From a virus, in IMG/VR virus record IMGVR_UViG_3300010331_000021, positions 1-42,868 of that record: DNA of 42,868 nucleotides, one strand, 5' to 3'. The notes beneath the pieces were generated by a model. It worked only from the letters and a program-made list of their open reading frames with translations, searched no databases and had not been told where the DNA came from. Made by a program: the position numbers and the translations under genes. Of the stretch, positions 33,000-42,471 are shown piece by piece; position 1 is the stretch's first letter; every line of letters begins with the position of its first letter.

Positions 33000-35334
33000 T
33001 CTTATCAAATACATTTTGTACCCCATATCCGGGAATACGTGCCTTGTTTTTCCGCCCTACCCAGCCTGGTATGGTACGCATAAGATCGCATATCTCCCGG
33101 GCCTCCCAAGGTCGCATAGACCCGGTTTTATTGTGTAAGCATTCGGACCATATCTGAGAGGCGCATACACGATCCCGTAGTTGGTTTCCATCTGCACTAT
33201 CTCCCCATTCATCCTCGATAGGAGTCTCAAGCCATTCCTGAATTAGTCCAGCGCGTGGGTCTTCCTCCATATGCATTCCTTGAATACGTGAAGCCTGCTG
33301 CTCGATCTCTGGTGACAATGTAAGCACTTCGCCTTTTCGGTAAGCCTGTACGACCTCAGCCCATATTTGTGCGATATCGTACTCAGATAGATCAGTAAAG
33401 ATACTCTTGATTCGTTTCTCTGGATCTATCACAACGGGCCAGAATCTTCGATTGCCTGTCGGGTCCTTTAAGAAGTTACAATTATTTGTTGTTCCGAAGA
33501 AAACGCACTTCCGTGGAAAATCTGTGATAACACGGTCATAGGCCACTCGATACTTGTCAGCGCGTTTAGTGATAAATTGCTTGATCTCATCCACTTCGAT
33601 CTTGGTCATGCCTGCCAGCTCACCGAACTCGAAGATCCATGCCGACTGTAGATGCTCACCGGCATCTTTAGAATCAAAGGTCTTCAGTGAATCGCTAAAC
33701 CAGTTCCTCGCCATCATTTGTATGATCGTGCTTTTACCGGCGCCCTGCGGGCCAACCAGAACCAGCATGTAGTCGAACTTGCATCCCGGCTCATAAAGCC
33801 TTTTGACCGCTGCAGTAAACATTTTCCGTGTAACTTCTTTAACATAGTCCGAGTCTTCTGCTCCCAGATAATCAATGAATAGCCGATCGATCCGTGGAAC
33901 TCCGTCCCACTTCTGTTCTTCTAAGTACTCGATAATAGGATGAAAGCGATTAACATGGGCCACCTCAGTGAACGCATTCGCAATAATATTGGCGGACTTG
34001 ATCTCATATTTTTTACCGAACCAATGCTGAAGCCTTTTATCATCGGCCCCTAGCCAAGGCTCATAGTCCTCATGTTGTCGCTCTCGATTGCGCCAGGGTA
34101 ATTCCTTACGGATGACCTCTGTATTCCCAAAGGCGTCGTATGCAAGGACCCCGTCCCACTGTCCATTTGACATAATGACTTCCACATTCTTGGAATTTGA
34201 TAAAGGGAATCCGCTTCTCTCATTCATCTTTAATTTATCGATCCATTTGGCCTCAGGTTCTTCTTCGTCTTGTTCCTCAGCCTCAGTGCCTTCAAAGTCC
34301 TCTGATAACTCCGATAATCTCTCACGTTTCACTTTTCCGTCTTGCGTGGCAAAGGCGACCATGGCCGTATGACTCGGCAATTTGTCGATGTTGGTTTTCT
34401 CACTGACCCGATCGTCCAGCTTCCCGAACTTGTGCAGCCGTACTAAGTCGAAGGCATTGACCTCTCTACCACTGCACGGATCACTCTCGTGATGAGAGTA
34501 GGCGAACAGGTCCTCGTCATAGACCACGAGGCCCCCGTAACTACTGGCGCCAATATGCGTATACCGGGTATTTCCATCGTCCACTGCTTCATATACGTCG
34601 GCAAGGAAGGTATCAATGGCCTCAGATATGGAGTAACAGCGACAGAAAGCACCCACAACGCCCAGCTTAGCCTTAGGATCTTCCATCCGTCTGGACGTTT
34701 GTCTTTGCACCTTATCGTCAACGTGCCTCGGCCATTGGAGAGGATCACGCCAGTCGTCGTAATCTGCGAGAACGCCATCCACATCCAGTGGGTCGCCCTC
34801 GCAAACTTCTATCATTGGCTCAGCATCCTTCGAGCAACTTGGCAGGTACATCAGCCGGTGCACGTCAAATGTGGTCTTGTCGAAATACTCCATGCCGATC
34901 TGCTCCGCCAGTTTACGACTCACCGCGGCATAAGCATCCGGACTAATGGCACGATCAGTCGCTATCACTAGTCGGTACTTAGGCTTCTCAGGTCGATGGC
35001 TGTGCGTGGAGTAGATTACATAGGCCGTGCCTCCTAGCACGAGCTCAGTGGCAAATAGAAAGTCCTCAGTCGCATGGTCCACGTCCAGCGTGATCAGGCA
35101 ACGCGTGTCGATGTTCTCCTTCTTCCGGCGTCCGCCTCGGACTAATCCCCCCACAAACGCTGGGCCATCTTTGATCTTGCCTCGACCGATATTATTCATC
35201 TTGGCATACTGAGCCATCGTCTCAGACGTGCGTCTGACTTTCCTCAGCCGATCGACAAACTCATCCCAGGTTAAGTACTCAGGTTTCCAGTTCGTGTCCG
35301 CTCTGTGCTTGCCGAAACTTATATCTAGTTCCAT
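32986..35334 (-). CDS. Primase-helicase (VirE-family P-loop NTPase with an N-terminal primase-like domain)
   Basis: 782 aa. Walker A is VGPQGAGKST. N-terminal TLDVDH and YSTHSH primase-like motifs are present. Nested antisense ORFs are ignored. Confidence 0.85.
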   Translation of the reverse strand: MELDISFGKHRADTNWKPEYLTWDEFVDRLRKVRRTSETMAQYAKMNNIGRGKIKDGPAFVGGLVRGGRRKKENIDTRCLITLDVDHATEDFLFATELVLGGTAYVIYSTHSHRPEKPKYRLVIATDRAISPDAYAAVSRKLAEQIGMEYFDKTTFDVHRLMYLPSCSKDAEPMIEVCEGDPLDVDGVLADYDDWRDPLQWPRHVDDKVQRQTSRRMEDPKAKLGVVGAFCRCYSISEAIDTFLADVYEAVDDGNTRYTHIGASSYGGLVVYDEDLFAYSHHESDPCSGREVNAFDLVRLHKFGKLDDRVSEKTNIDKLPSHTAMVAFATQDGKVKRERLSELSEDFEGTEAEEQDEEEPEAKWIDKLKMNERSGFPLSNSKNVEVIMSNGQWDGVLAYDAFGNTEVIRKELPWRNRERQHEDYEPWLGADDKRLQHWFGKKYEIKSANIIANAFTEVAHVNRFHPIIEYLEEQKWDGVPRIDRLFIDYLGAEDSDYVKEVTRKMFTAAVKRLYEPGCKFDYMLVLVGPQGAGKSTIIQMMARNWFSDSLKTFDSKDAGEHLQSAWIFEFGELAGMTKIEVDEIKQFITKRADKYRVAYDRVITDFPRKCVFFGTTNNCNFLKDPTGNRRFWPVVIDPEKRIKSIFTDLSEYDIAQIWAEVVQAYRKGEVLTLSPEIEQQASRIQGMHMEEDPRAGLIQEWLETPIEDEWGDSADGNQLRDRVCASQIWSECLHNKTGSMRPWEAREICDLMRTIPGWVGRKNKARIPGYGVQNVFDKSVAV

Positions 35335-35352
35335 CTCGTTTCACCTCTCATC

Positions 35353-35895
35353 TCATGCCAGTAATTCCTCAAATTCGATATCTCTAAGATCAATAATTGG
35401 TAGTCCCTTGAGTAACTCGACTTGATCCGCGGGTAATTCAAACAGTTCCACGGTCCCCATATTAGTGTGTTTTTGATAACTGACGATTAAGGATTTCCCA
35501 TCTATTTTAATATCCGGGTTCCAGAAGTCGCTCCTATCAAGCGAGCGATCAAACCTGCTCAAAAGATCATAGTTAAGACATAAAGATGCATCTTCGACCT
35601 TTATGATTACGGGATGACCAGTGATTATCGGGAGTGCATTAAATCGATTACATAAATCAGAGAGATGATCTTGCAAGCTTTTTAGGACTTGGAACAGGTC
35701 GACATTTCGGTCTTTTCCTTTAAGCCTTTTGGTTTCTTCTTGTATCCTTTTACGTTGCTTTTTAATAACCCCTTGCAATTCTTGGCGCTGATTTTTAATG
35801 GTGGCTTTAGCCTTTTTGATTTGTTCTACTTCTTCCTCCGTCAGCTTTCTTAAGAACATTCTCTTCCCCTCCAACTTTCTGAAATTACCCTGCAT
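35353..35895 (-). CDS. Hypothetical protein with an N-terminal coiled-coil. The likely start is the ATG at 35859.
   Basis: GGAGGGGAAGAGA directly precedes the ATG at 35859. Confidence 0.6.
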   Translation of the reverse strand: MQGNFRKLEGKRMFLRKLTEEEVEQIKKAKATIKNQRQELQGVIKKQRKRIQEETKRLKGKDRNVDLFQVLKSLQDHLSDLCNRFNALPIITGHPVIIKVEDASLCLNYDLLSRFDRSLDRSDFWNPDIKIDGKSLIVSYQKHTNMGTVELFELPADQVELLKGLPIIDLRDIEFEELLA

Positions 35896-35898
35896 CTA

Positions 35899-36090
35899 TC
35901 ACGGCTCAAATGGGTTGATCTGGAGTTCATAATCATCTTCCACCAAATCAAAATAAACAGATGAATTATCGTCTATACGTGAATTCAAAAACTTCACAAT
36001 CAACTCTCCAAAGTATTTATTTGGTACCTCGGCAATAGTTTCTTCTACAAAGTAAGCTAAACAATGATTGTCTTTCTCTACGATTTTCAT
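35899..36090 (-). CDS. Hypothetical 63-aa protein
   Basis: ORF overlapping the upstream gene stop by 4 nt. Confidence 0.5.
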   Translation of the reverse strand: MKIVEKDNHCLAYFVEETIAEVPNKYFGELIVKFLNSRIDDNSSVYFDLVEDDYELQINPFEP

Positions 36091-36584
36091 TTCTTACCCT
36101 CCAGCAATTCCGGATTATCGTAGATATTACCAATGACCACTCGCTGTTGCCAGGAGTTATTGAGCAACTGCTGGTGGTCTGTATCTCTGTCCCGTTCCCT
36201 TTTGTCAGCCTTCACGTCCTTAAGCCACCAAGCAACTCTGTACGGGTCCCATATCACTTCGTAAACGATGGTTCTATCATTAAACTTCACAAGGTCGCCC
36301 TGATAAATTTCTTTGTCATTATCATCTTTGAGCGTTGTATATTGACCGACCGTTTCGGGATCAACTTCTATACACTCAATTTGCCGCGGCATGTTCCAAT
36401 CAGCAAAAGCTGTCTTAGCAATGCAATGCTTACTTGGTTCGTCGATTCCAGCAATACATTGCGATGGGGGTTGATGCTCATAATATGCTCCGTAAACCCA
36501 CCTGCCATCGTAGAGCCTTTTCCCCCTAAACATAATCTCTCTTTTCATTTGATTCCCCTCCATAGTCTGATTAGATTCGGCCAT
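36087..36584 (-). CDS. YopX-family protein. The likely start is the ATG at 36548.
   Basis: IMFRGKRLYDGRWVYG...VIGNIYDNPELLE is the YopX signature. GGAGGGG lies 7 nt before the ATG at 36548. Confidence 0.8.
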   Translation of the reverse strand: MAESNQTMEGNQMKREIMFRGKRLYDGRWVYGAYYEHQPPSQCIAGIDEPSKHCIAKTAFADWNMPRQIECIEVDPETVGQYTTLKDDNDKEIYQGDLVKFNDRTIVYEVIWDPYRVAWWLKDVKADKRERDRDTDHQQLLNNSWQQRVVIGNIYDNPELLEGKK

Positions 36585-36750
36585 AAACTTGATTTTCTAG
36601 CCGGATAGTATCTCTCCGCAATTCGTGCATTTTGGCCTTTAATTCGGATGTTTCCATGCCATACGGTCTTAGTACTTCTCCTGCTTCAATAATCTCTATA
36701 ACTCTTTTGCATTCGAGAACGACAAGTTTTTTAGTATCATCAATATTCAT
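36571..36750 (-). CDS. 59-aa hypothetical ORF
   Basis: Own translation: MNIDDTKKLVVLECKRVIEIIEAGEVLRPYGMETSELKAKMHELRRDTIRLENQVYGRI. GAGGTG RBS present. It fills the gap between polA and yopX. Confidence 0.45.
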   Translation of the reverse strand: MNIDDTKKLVVLECKRVIEIIEAGEVLRPYGMETSELKAKMHELRRDTIRLENQVYGRI

Positions 36751-36759
36751 ACGAACACC

Positions 36760-38721
36760 TCAATCTTTCTTATAAAAGTCGCATTCATAACCAGCAGCCC
36801 TTAATGGAATCCCCGGAGCCCATCCGATATCTTTACCCATTACAGCCGTCACGTGGTCCAGTGATCCAGTCCCGATCGGTACATCGAGCACCACTTCGTC
36901 GTGAACATGTATATTTATTACATAACCCTCGGCATCTAGTCTCATCATGCTTACCGCCAGACAGTCCCGAGCAATGGCCTGGACAAGATTCTCGACCAGC
37001 CGACCGCCGTACGTTCTGTGAGACATCCATTTTTTCTTTATTTGGTCCATCCCATCAAACACGAGGCCCTCTTTATTGAACTTCGGTTCGTGCTTAATCC
37101 TTGGATTGACATAGGCCAAACTCCGGCCACTCGGCAGATCCGCGAACAACATGCCTGACTCATATCGATACTGGACACCGTGTGCCAGCTTGACGGTCGT
37201 CTTCTCTCGCACTGCTGTGACGGCCGCGTCCTCTGCGGCGTACCAAAGCTTGACGATGTTTTTATTTGTCTGTCTCCACTGCTTCACAAGTCCAGGTAAT
37301 TCTTCTTCGGGAATACCGCCTTTGACTGCTCCCATCGCGACGAGTGCATTAGCCCCTCCGCCGTAACCACACGCTAAAACAGCGACCTTACCTTTCTGTC
37401 TAAGTGCGTAATTCGCTTGGCCCTTGGCTATTGACTCAAAAGGAACTTTGAACATCTCAGCCGCCGTTGCTTCATAAATCTTCCCATCTCCACGGAATAC
37501 GTCCAGCACCCAGTGTTCGTCAGCCAGCCACGCAATCACCCGCGCCTCGATGGCGCTAAAGTCTGACACGATGAACCGGCAACCCTCGGAGGGAATGAAC
37601 GCCGTGCGGATCAGTTGACTAAGTGCAAACGGTGGAGCGCCAAACATCATTTCTAATAATTCAAAATCTCCACTGTGGAGAGTCTCCCTCGCCAGCTCCA
37701 AGTCTTTGAATTTGTTCTGCGGTAAGTTCTGGACCTGAATAAGTCTTCCGGCCCATCTCCATGTCCGGTTGGCTCCACAGAATTGAAGCAACCCTCGCGC
37801 CCGTTCATCGGCACACATGCTCCGATTCATGGCGTTATATTTGTCCACGCTAGTCTTTGACATCTCTTGTCTCAGTTCCAGCATCCTCTTGGTATCATCG
37901 TTCGGCGCGGCGTCCAGTAATCCCGCCATGTAATCCTTTGACAGACCGTCAGGGGTATCTAGTCCGTGTTCACCGAACCACTCCTTGAGTTGTGCTAAGC
38001 TGTTAGGGTTGTCTAGGCCAGTAAGCGCTTGCGCCTCCTGCACTAGACGTTTCTCGTACAGATCGTCGCAATCAATTGCTTGGTGGAACAACACTGGATC
38101 GAGCCGGACCCCTCTGTCGTTAATCCTTTGATCAAGCGCCCACAATTTCCATTCATGGTCAGGGATCGGGAAGCATTCCAGCTTGTGACGCACATCTCGT
38201 TCAACGACAACGTCCTGACAGTTATATGATTTGTATTCCTCCCACTTCTCTGGGGCGTGGTGTGGGTAGTTACGTGTCCGTTCTCCGTTGACCTTTGTCG
38301 GTTTGCAGGGGATGGAGAAATACTTAATTAATGCTTTGCCTTTGGCATCCTTCTGCGCGTCCAGGTTAAGAACTTCTGCTACCGCTGCTAAACCACCGGG
38401 TAACCCTAAAGCCAGTGCCCAGACAGAAGTACAACGCCAATAGAGTGGATCACACTTGATCCCATAATGCTTGGATATACAAGTCCTCTCAAAGTTGGCG
38501 TTATAAGCCATCTTAATTACAGTCGGATCAGTGAGATCTTTAAGTACTCGTGCCGGTATATCTTCGAAGGCTGTCAGGTCAATTACTTGGACTTCATCAT
38601 CGTCGTAGGCATATCCGAAAAGTAAAATTTCAAAGTCATCAGCCTCAACGTATTTGTAAACCCCGCCCTTGATCAGGTCGTTACTGCTGTAGGTTTCAAT
38701 ATCGATTCCTAAGATGGTCAT
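36760..38721 (-). CDS. Family A DNA polymerase with a 3'-5' exonuclease domain
   Basis: GIDIETYS (Exo I), DFSAIEARV (motif A), RQKGKVAVLACGYGGG (motif B) and HVHDEVV (motif C). Confidence 0.9.
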   Translation of the reverse strand: MTILGIDIETYSSNDLIKGGVYKYVEADDFEILLFGYAYDDDEVQVIDLTAFEDIPARVLKDLTDPTVIKMAYNANFERTCISKHYGIKCDPLYWRCTSVWALALGLPGGLAAVAEVLNLDAQKDAKGKALIKYFSIPCKPTKVNGERTRNYPHHAPEKWEEYKSYNCQDVVVERDVRHKLECFPIPDHEWKLWALDQRINDRGVRLDPVLFHQAIDCDDLYEKRLVQEAQALTGLDNPNSLAQLKEWFGEHGLDTPDGLSKDYMAGLLDAAPNDDTKRMLELRQEMSKTSVDKYNAMNRSMCADERARGLLQFCGANRTWRWAGRLIQVQNLPQNKFKDLELARETLHSGDFELLEMMFGAPPFALSQLIRTAFIPSEGCRFIVSDFSAIEARVIAWLADEHWVLDVFRGDGKIYEATAAEMFKVPFESIAKGQANYALRQKGKVAVLACGYGGGANALVAMGAVKGGIPEEELPGLVKQWRQTNKNIVKLWYAAEDAAVTAVREKTTVKLAHGVQYRYESGMLFADLPSGRSLAYVNPRIKHEPKFNKEGLVFDGMDQIKKKWMSHRTYGGRLVENLVQAIARDCLAVSMMRLDAEGYVINIHVHDEVVLDVPIGTGSLDHVTAVMGKDIGWAPGIPLRAAGYECDFYKKD

Positions 38722-38888
38722 TGGACTACACAGGCACTACAGGAACATTCTGAGCAATCCTTTTCGAATCCCGATTCTTCGCACTTTTTAGAATCGGAGA
38801 GTTGGCATTCACTGAGTTTGATGACCGCATAGTCATTTTCCCTAAGAAGGTCTATTGCTTCTAATATCTTTACTGTCTTTTCATCCAT
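38718..38888 (-). CDS. 56-aa Cys-rich protein
   Basis: Own codon-by-codon translation: MDEKTVKILEAIDLLRENDYAVIKLSECQLSDSKKCEESGFEKDCSECSCSACVVQ. AGGAGTGA RBS present. There is an ATGA overlap with the polymerase start. Confidence 0.5.
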   Translation of the reverse strand: MDEKTVKILEAIDLLRENDYAVIKLSECQLSDSKKCEESGFEKDCSECSCSACVVQ

Positions 38889-38954
38889 GCTTTAAATCAC
38901 TCCTATCTGATAGGTTAGGGGCATTGCATTTTTACAATACCCCCACCGAGTTGA

Positions 38955-40091
38955 TTAGTTCATGAAACCGTCGCTGTCGTCTTCCTCTTCGTCTGTCCTA
39001 TCGACCCACACAAGACAATTGTCGTCTAGGTACTCTTCCAAGGCTTCTAACTGCTCTGCTGTCCCTGAGACCTCGTAGATCGCGACTACCTTTCGCGGTT
39101 CATCACTGACAGAAAGAGTAGCATTCCCAACACTGGGAATCTCAACAGGCTCGGGGGTGATGGCCTCTACTTTCGGCACTTCTGCCGCCTTATCCGCTTT
39201 GAGCGCGTCAAATACATCCTTCGCGGTTTGCGCATCGGTGGTTATTAGCAAATCGATCTCGGTAACTGACTTGTAGCCTAAAAGCCTTAGGTATTGATCA
39301 GCCGTCAGGTTACGCGGCGCTAGTTGATACTCGGCATTGGCCAACTGAACTTTTGTTTTGATCAGGTCGATGTCCTGAGCTTCTTTTTCCTCCTGGACAC
39401 TTAACGTATTTGCGAGGGCCAATAGTTCGGCTTTAATAGCTTTGATGGTTTTACCCTTTGCGAGATATTCATCATAGATAACAAGCTGTTCTGCAAATTT
39501 ATCAGCAAGCATATGATCCGCGATAAGAACGTCGATAAAGCTTTGGATCTCCACACGCTTTAGATTTTGACGGTCAAGTTCGAACTGCGCCGATTGCATG
39601 GTTAATGGTGCGATGACCACATCAAACTTACCGTAAAGCAATTTGCACTGAGCCTCGAAGGCTGTTACCGATTCAGTGAGTTGCTTTTTTGTTGCCTTCC
39701 GGAACTCGTCCAGGGACTTTTGCCCTTTTCGAAGTTCCGCGATAGTCTTCTTGCATTCCGCGACATCCTTGTCACTGAATACTAGGCCTTTATACTTTTC
39801 AAGAACTCCAGCCAGATGGTCCGATATCTCTTGGTAATTGAAGCTGACCACGGCGGGTGTTGTTTCAAACACCCTTATGGCCACGTCAGTTGTTACGGTC
39901 AATTCACTCATTCGTATTGCTTCCTCCGCATTCTCTTTATTCGCGTATTTGCAGTTTCCAACGCCCATTGTTCCCTTGCATCCTTCTCTGCAGAAAATCC
40001 AAGTTCGAGGCGGTATGATAAGACACTTCTTGATAGTGCTACATTCTGAGCATTGGCAATCTTCGCAGGCTGTACCTGTCTTAATACTCAT
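38955..40091 (-). CDS. DUF1351-like phage protein. The RBS supports an internal start at 39911.
   Basis: From MSELTVTT...VVSFNYQEISDHLAGVLEKYKGLVFSDKDVAECKKTIAELRK the sequence resembles DUF1351. GGAGGAA lies 8 nt before the ATG at 39911. The 60-aa upstream extension is Cys-rich. Confidence 0.7.
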   Translation of the reverse strand: MSIKTGTACEDCQCSECSTIKKCLIIPPRTWIFCREGCKGTMGVGNCKYANKENAEEAIRMSELTVTTDVAIRVFETTPAVVSFNYQEISDHLAGVLEKYKGLVFSDKDVAECKKTIAELRKGQKSLDEFRKATKKQLTESVTAFEAQCKLLYGKFDVVIAPLTMQSAQFELDRQNLKRVEIQSFIDVLIADHMLADKFAEQLVIYDEYLAKGKTIKAIKAELLALANTLSVQEEKEAQDIDLIKTKVQLANAEYQLAPRNLTADQYLRLLGYKSVTEIDLLITTDAQTAKDVFDALKADKAAEVPKVEAITPEPVEIPSVGNATLSVSDEPRKVVAIYEVSGTAEQLEALEEYLDDNCLVWVDRTDEEEDDSDGFMN

Positions 40092-40095
40092 ACGA

Positions 40096-40689
40096 TTAGT
40101 TTAAGAAATCGTCGTCGCTTACTTCGGTTTCAAATTCTTCATTGGCGAAGTCGTCATTGACATTCGATCTGCCACCAAGGAAGTCACCGTCCTGAATTTT
40201 GACTATGTTATTAAGGCCTGCAGCCACACCGCGATTCCCTTTTGCATCGAATGGGTAGAAGTTCAAACTGACTTTCGCGTAGCATCCCGAATACACTTCC
40301 GTGGTATCTGTGATCTCTTGGAACTTTGTTTTGCCGTCTGCGCCTTTACCGATCGGCTTGGCGATACCAGGCTTGTTCTTACTGGAAGCATTAAGGAAAT
40401 AACATCCGGCGTAGGTTTCATCATCCGGTCGTTCTTCGTCGCCATCACGGAGAGGAGTTTTGCAATTCGCAGGAACCTTGCCGTTAGGCCATTTGTTCTT
40501 ACCAAGTTCTTTGGCGGCGTCGGTAGCGTCCTTGATCTTTTGGAGCGTCACCTTGTCAGTCTTAGGAATGAGGATTGCTGTGCTGTACTTTTCGTCTCCA
40601 CCGTCAACACTTGCTGGTTCGAATACATGTGCGTAGGATAAACGGACCTTTCCTGTGATTACCTTTGTCGATTGATTGTCAATTGCCAT
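40096..40689 (-). CDS. DUF2815-like (SSB/OB-fold-like) protein
   Basis: KVITGKVRLSYAHVFEP at the N-terminus and an acidic C-terminal tail (EEFETEVSDDDFLN) as in SSB proteins. Confidence 0.7.
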   Translation of the reverse strand: MAIDNQSTKVITGKVRLSYAHVFEPASVDGGDEKYSTAILIPKTDKVTLQKIKDATDAAKELGKNKWPNGKVPANCKTPLRDGDEERPDDETYAGCYFLNASSKNKPGIAKPIGKGADGKTKFQEITDTTEVYSGCYAKVSLNFYPFDAKGNRGVAAGLNNIVKIQDGDFLGGRSNVNDDFANEEFETEVSDDDFLN

Positions 40690-40722
40690 TTGTTCATTTC
40701 CCCTTTAAATTTAATTTAATTT

Positions 40723-41895
40723 TTAGTCGAAATCCTCGCCCTTGAAGTCGCCTTCGACGCTGTTCATTTCTGGTCTCTTATCGGTCTCAGGGGCTAAAGT
40801 CGGTTTCCCTGGTGGCTTAACGATCCATGGCCCCAGTAATAACCCAAAGTTTTTCTTGCCGAGCGATTTCTCTAGCTCACCTATACCGAGCAATTCTTCA
40901 GGTTTCAGGTACACGCTCGTCTTCAGCTCAGTTTTCTTTAGTGAAGCTATCGCCGCGTCCTTGTCTGAGATGGAGCGATTACTGCGCCCCTCGACTAATT
41001 TCCACTGCGGGATCGGCTTTCCATTTAGCGCTTGAGTACTGGCGTAGTCCTCGACGTCCTTCGCCCAGGCTTTGAGCTGTTCGGTAATAAACAGGATGGA
41101 GCCGATCTCCTCGTTACTCATAAGCGCTGGGTCTTGAAATTCATGTGCCAGGGCTTTCATGTTTTCGTCGGTTCGTGCTCTGCAGTTACCTTTGACCTTG
41201 CACCATCGGCAGTGATCGCCAGACTTGAAGTCCCCTTCTCCGGCGAAAGCTAACACACCGGCAGGCCTTACAACTTCCTCGGCCCACGCAAGTAATTCGT
41301 CTACCGGCATTATGTCCGTACTAATACTGTCTAAGCGAGGCTGAATGATGGTCATGTGCACTTCGTCGATAGAGTAGAGATAGTTGTAGTTCCCCCAGGC
41401 TCCAAGGCCATAGATGCGGGGCTGTGGGTTATTGAAGGCACTGACTGGAACGCCTTTTCCATACTTAAGATCTATGACCTCTAAAACCCCGTCACTGATC
41501 AGCACAACGTCCCCCGTGCCGAATCCTTCTTGAACCCACTCGCTGTAATCAAGATGTTCTTCTAATAGAACAATTGCATCACTGGACCTAGCTTTCGCCG
41601 CCATGAATCGTTCCTCGACCTGATCCACGTACACCTGAATGGCTTGTTCCATCTCTTTGCCATAAAACTTGTTGGCCTTGATCTTGTCGTACTCTGCGAC
41701 TAAGGCCCTGCGTTGCTTGGAGTTACATGTAGTAATACGACTTCGAAGTTTGATCTCAGCAAGTGCATGGGCTACCGTGCCCTCTTCGGCGTACTCACTC
41801 GTTGACTCTGGTACACTCTCCTGCAGTCGAGCACTAGGCGGACAGTTAAGCCACTGCCCAGCTTTTGATGCTCCTAGTAGGGCGTGTTTCATCAT
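40723..41895 (-). CDS. DUF2800-like PD-(D/E)XK (Cas4-like) nuclease
   Basis: 390 aa. GDVVLISDG...IDLKYGKG (D...D/E-x-K) and a C-terminal Cys cluster CRWCKVKGNC. Confidence 0.75.
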   Translation of the reverse strand: MMKHALLGASKAGQWLNCPPSARLQESVPESTSEYAEEGTVAHALAEIKLRSRITTCNSKQRRALVAEYDKIKANKFYGKEMEQAIQVYVDQVEERFMAAKARSSDAIVLLEEHLDYSEWVQEGFGTGDVVLISDGVLEVIDLKYGKGVPVSAFNNPQPRIYGLGAWGNYNYLYSIDEVHMTIIQPRLDSISTDIMPVDELLAWAEEVVRPAGVLAFAGEGDFKSGDHCRWCKVKGNCRARTDENMKALAHEFQDPALMSNEEIGSILFITEQLKAWAKDVEDYASTQALNGKPIPQWKLVEGRSNRSISDKDAAIASLKKTELKTSVYLKPEELLGIGELEKSLGKKNFGLLLGPWIVKPPGKPTLAPETDKRPEMNSVEGDFKGEDFD

Positions 41896-42299
41896 AGAGC
41901 GGTCAGCTCAGCTAAGAATTCTGCTCTCTTGTCTTCGGGAACATCAGAGACAGATTTGCTCCCAAACTTGGTAAGCAGAGCCTTGATCGCCTTTTTGCCA
42001 TCCGGACTCTGACCGTGCTTCTGTGCTTCAGCCCGAAGTTCAACGACTGTGGGTATTTCTACTTCATCTACTTCAACCTGTGGAGTTTCCACTGCGTCTT
42101 CTGCAGTACCAGACTCGACCTCAGGCTTGGTTTCCTGTGGCTTCTCTGTTGGGGTGGCGGGCTTACTGACCCGTTTGGCTTTCTCTGGCTCCGATTTAGA
42201 CGCGACTGCCCCGGCTGAAACCAATCGGTTTGCTAATCCGTTGACGGCTTCCTGCAGTTCCTCTGAACTACCAGCTACGATTGTTAGTGTGATATTCAT
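41892..42299 (-). CDS. Hypothetical protein with a Pro/Glu-rich linker and a C-terminal helical SAP/HeH-like motif
   Basis: 135 aa. GAGGGGGA RBS present. There is an ATGA overlap with the downstream nuclease gene. Confidence 0.6.
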   Translation of the reverse strand: MNITLTIVAGSSEELQEAVNGLANRLVSAGAVASKSEPEKAKRVSKPATPTEKPQETKPEVESGTAEDAVETPQVEVDEVEIPTVVELRAEAQKHGQSPDGKKAIKALLTKFGSKSVSDVPEDKRAEFLAELTAL

Positions 42300-42471
42300 T
42301 TAATAGAATCCCCCTCTTAAAATTAGATGTATGCCTCTTGGACAAAATCGTTTTTCGCCTCTTCGCGTGTATCGAAGTTCCCTACGTGCCGACCCTCGAC
42401 CCAAAGTTCATAATATCCGCGCCCGCTTGGGACGATCTTGTAATGCAACGTTGGGTTTCCTTTCTTTCATT

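Noticed and set aside
32883-33083. A 66-aa plus-strand ORF.
   Set aside because: It reads through the iteron array and the 3' end of the primase gene. It has no RBS, and its openness is explained by the repeat composition.
34088-34971. ORFs 34088..34372, 34197..34406, 34443..34784 and 34489..34971.
   Set aside because: They are nested in the 782-aa primase-helicase gene on alternative frames or strands. They have no motifs and no RBS.
38761-38775. A TTCGAATCC string resembling a tRNA T-loop.
   Set aside because: The flanking bases cannot form a T-stem or acceptor stem. The string lies inside a small ORF that has an RBS and is coupled to the polymerase gene.
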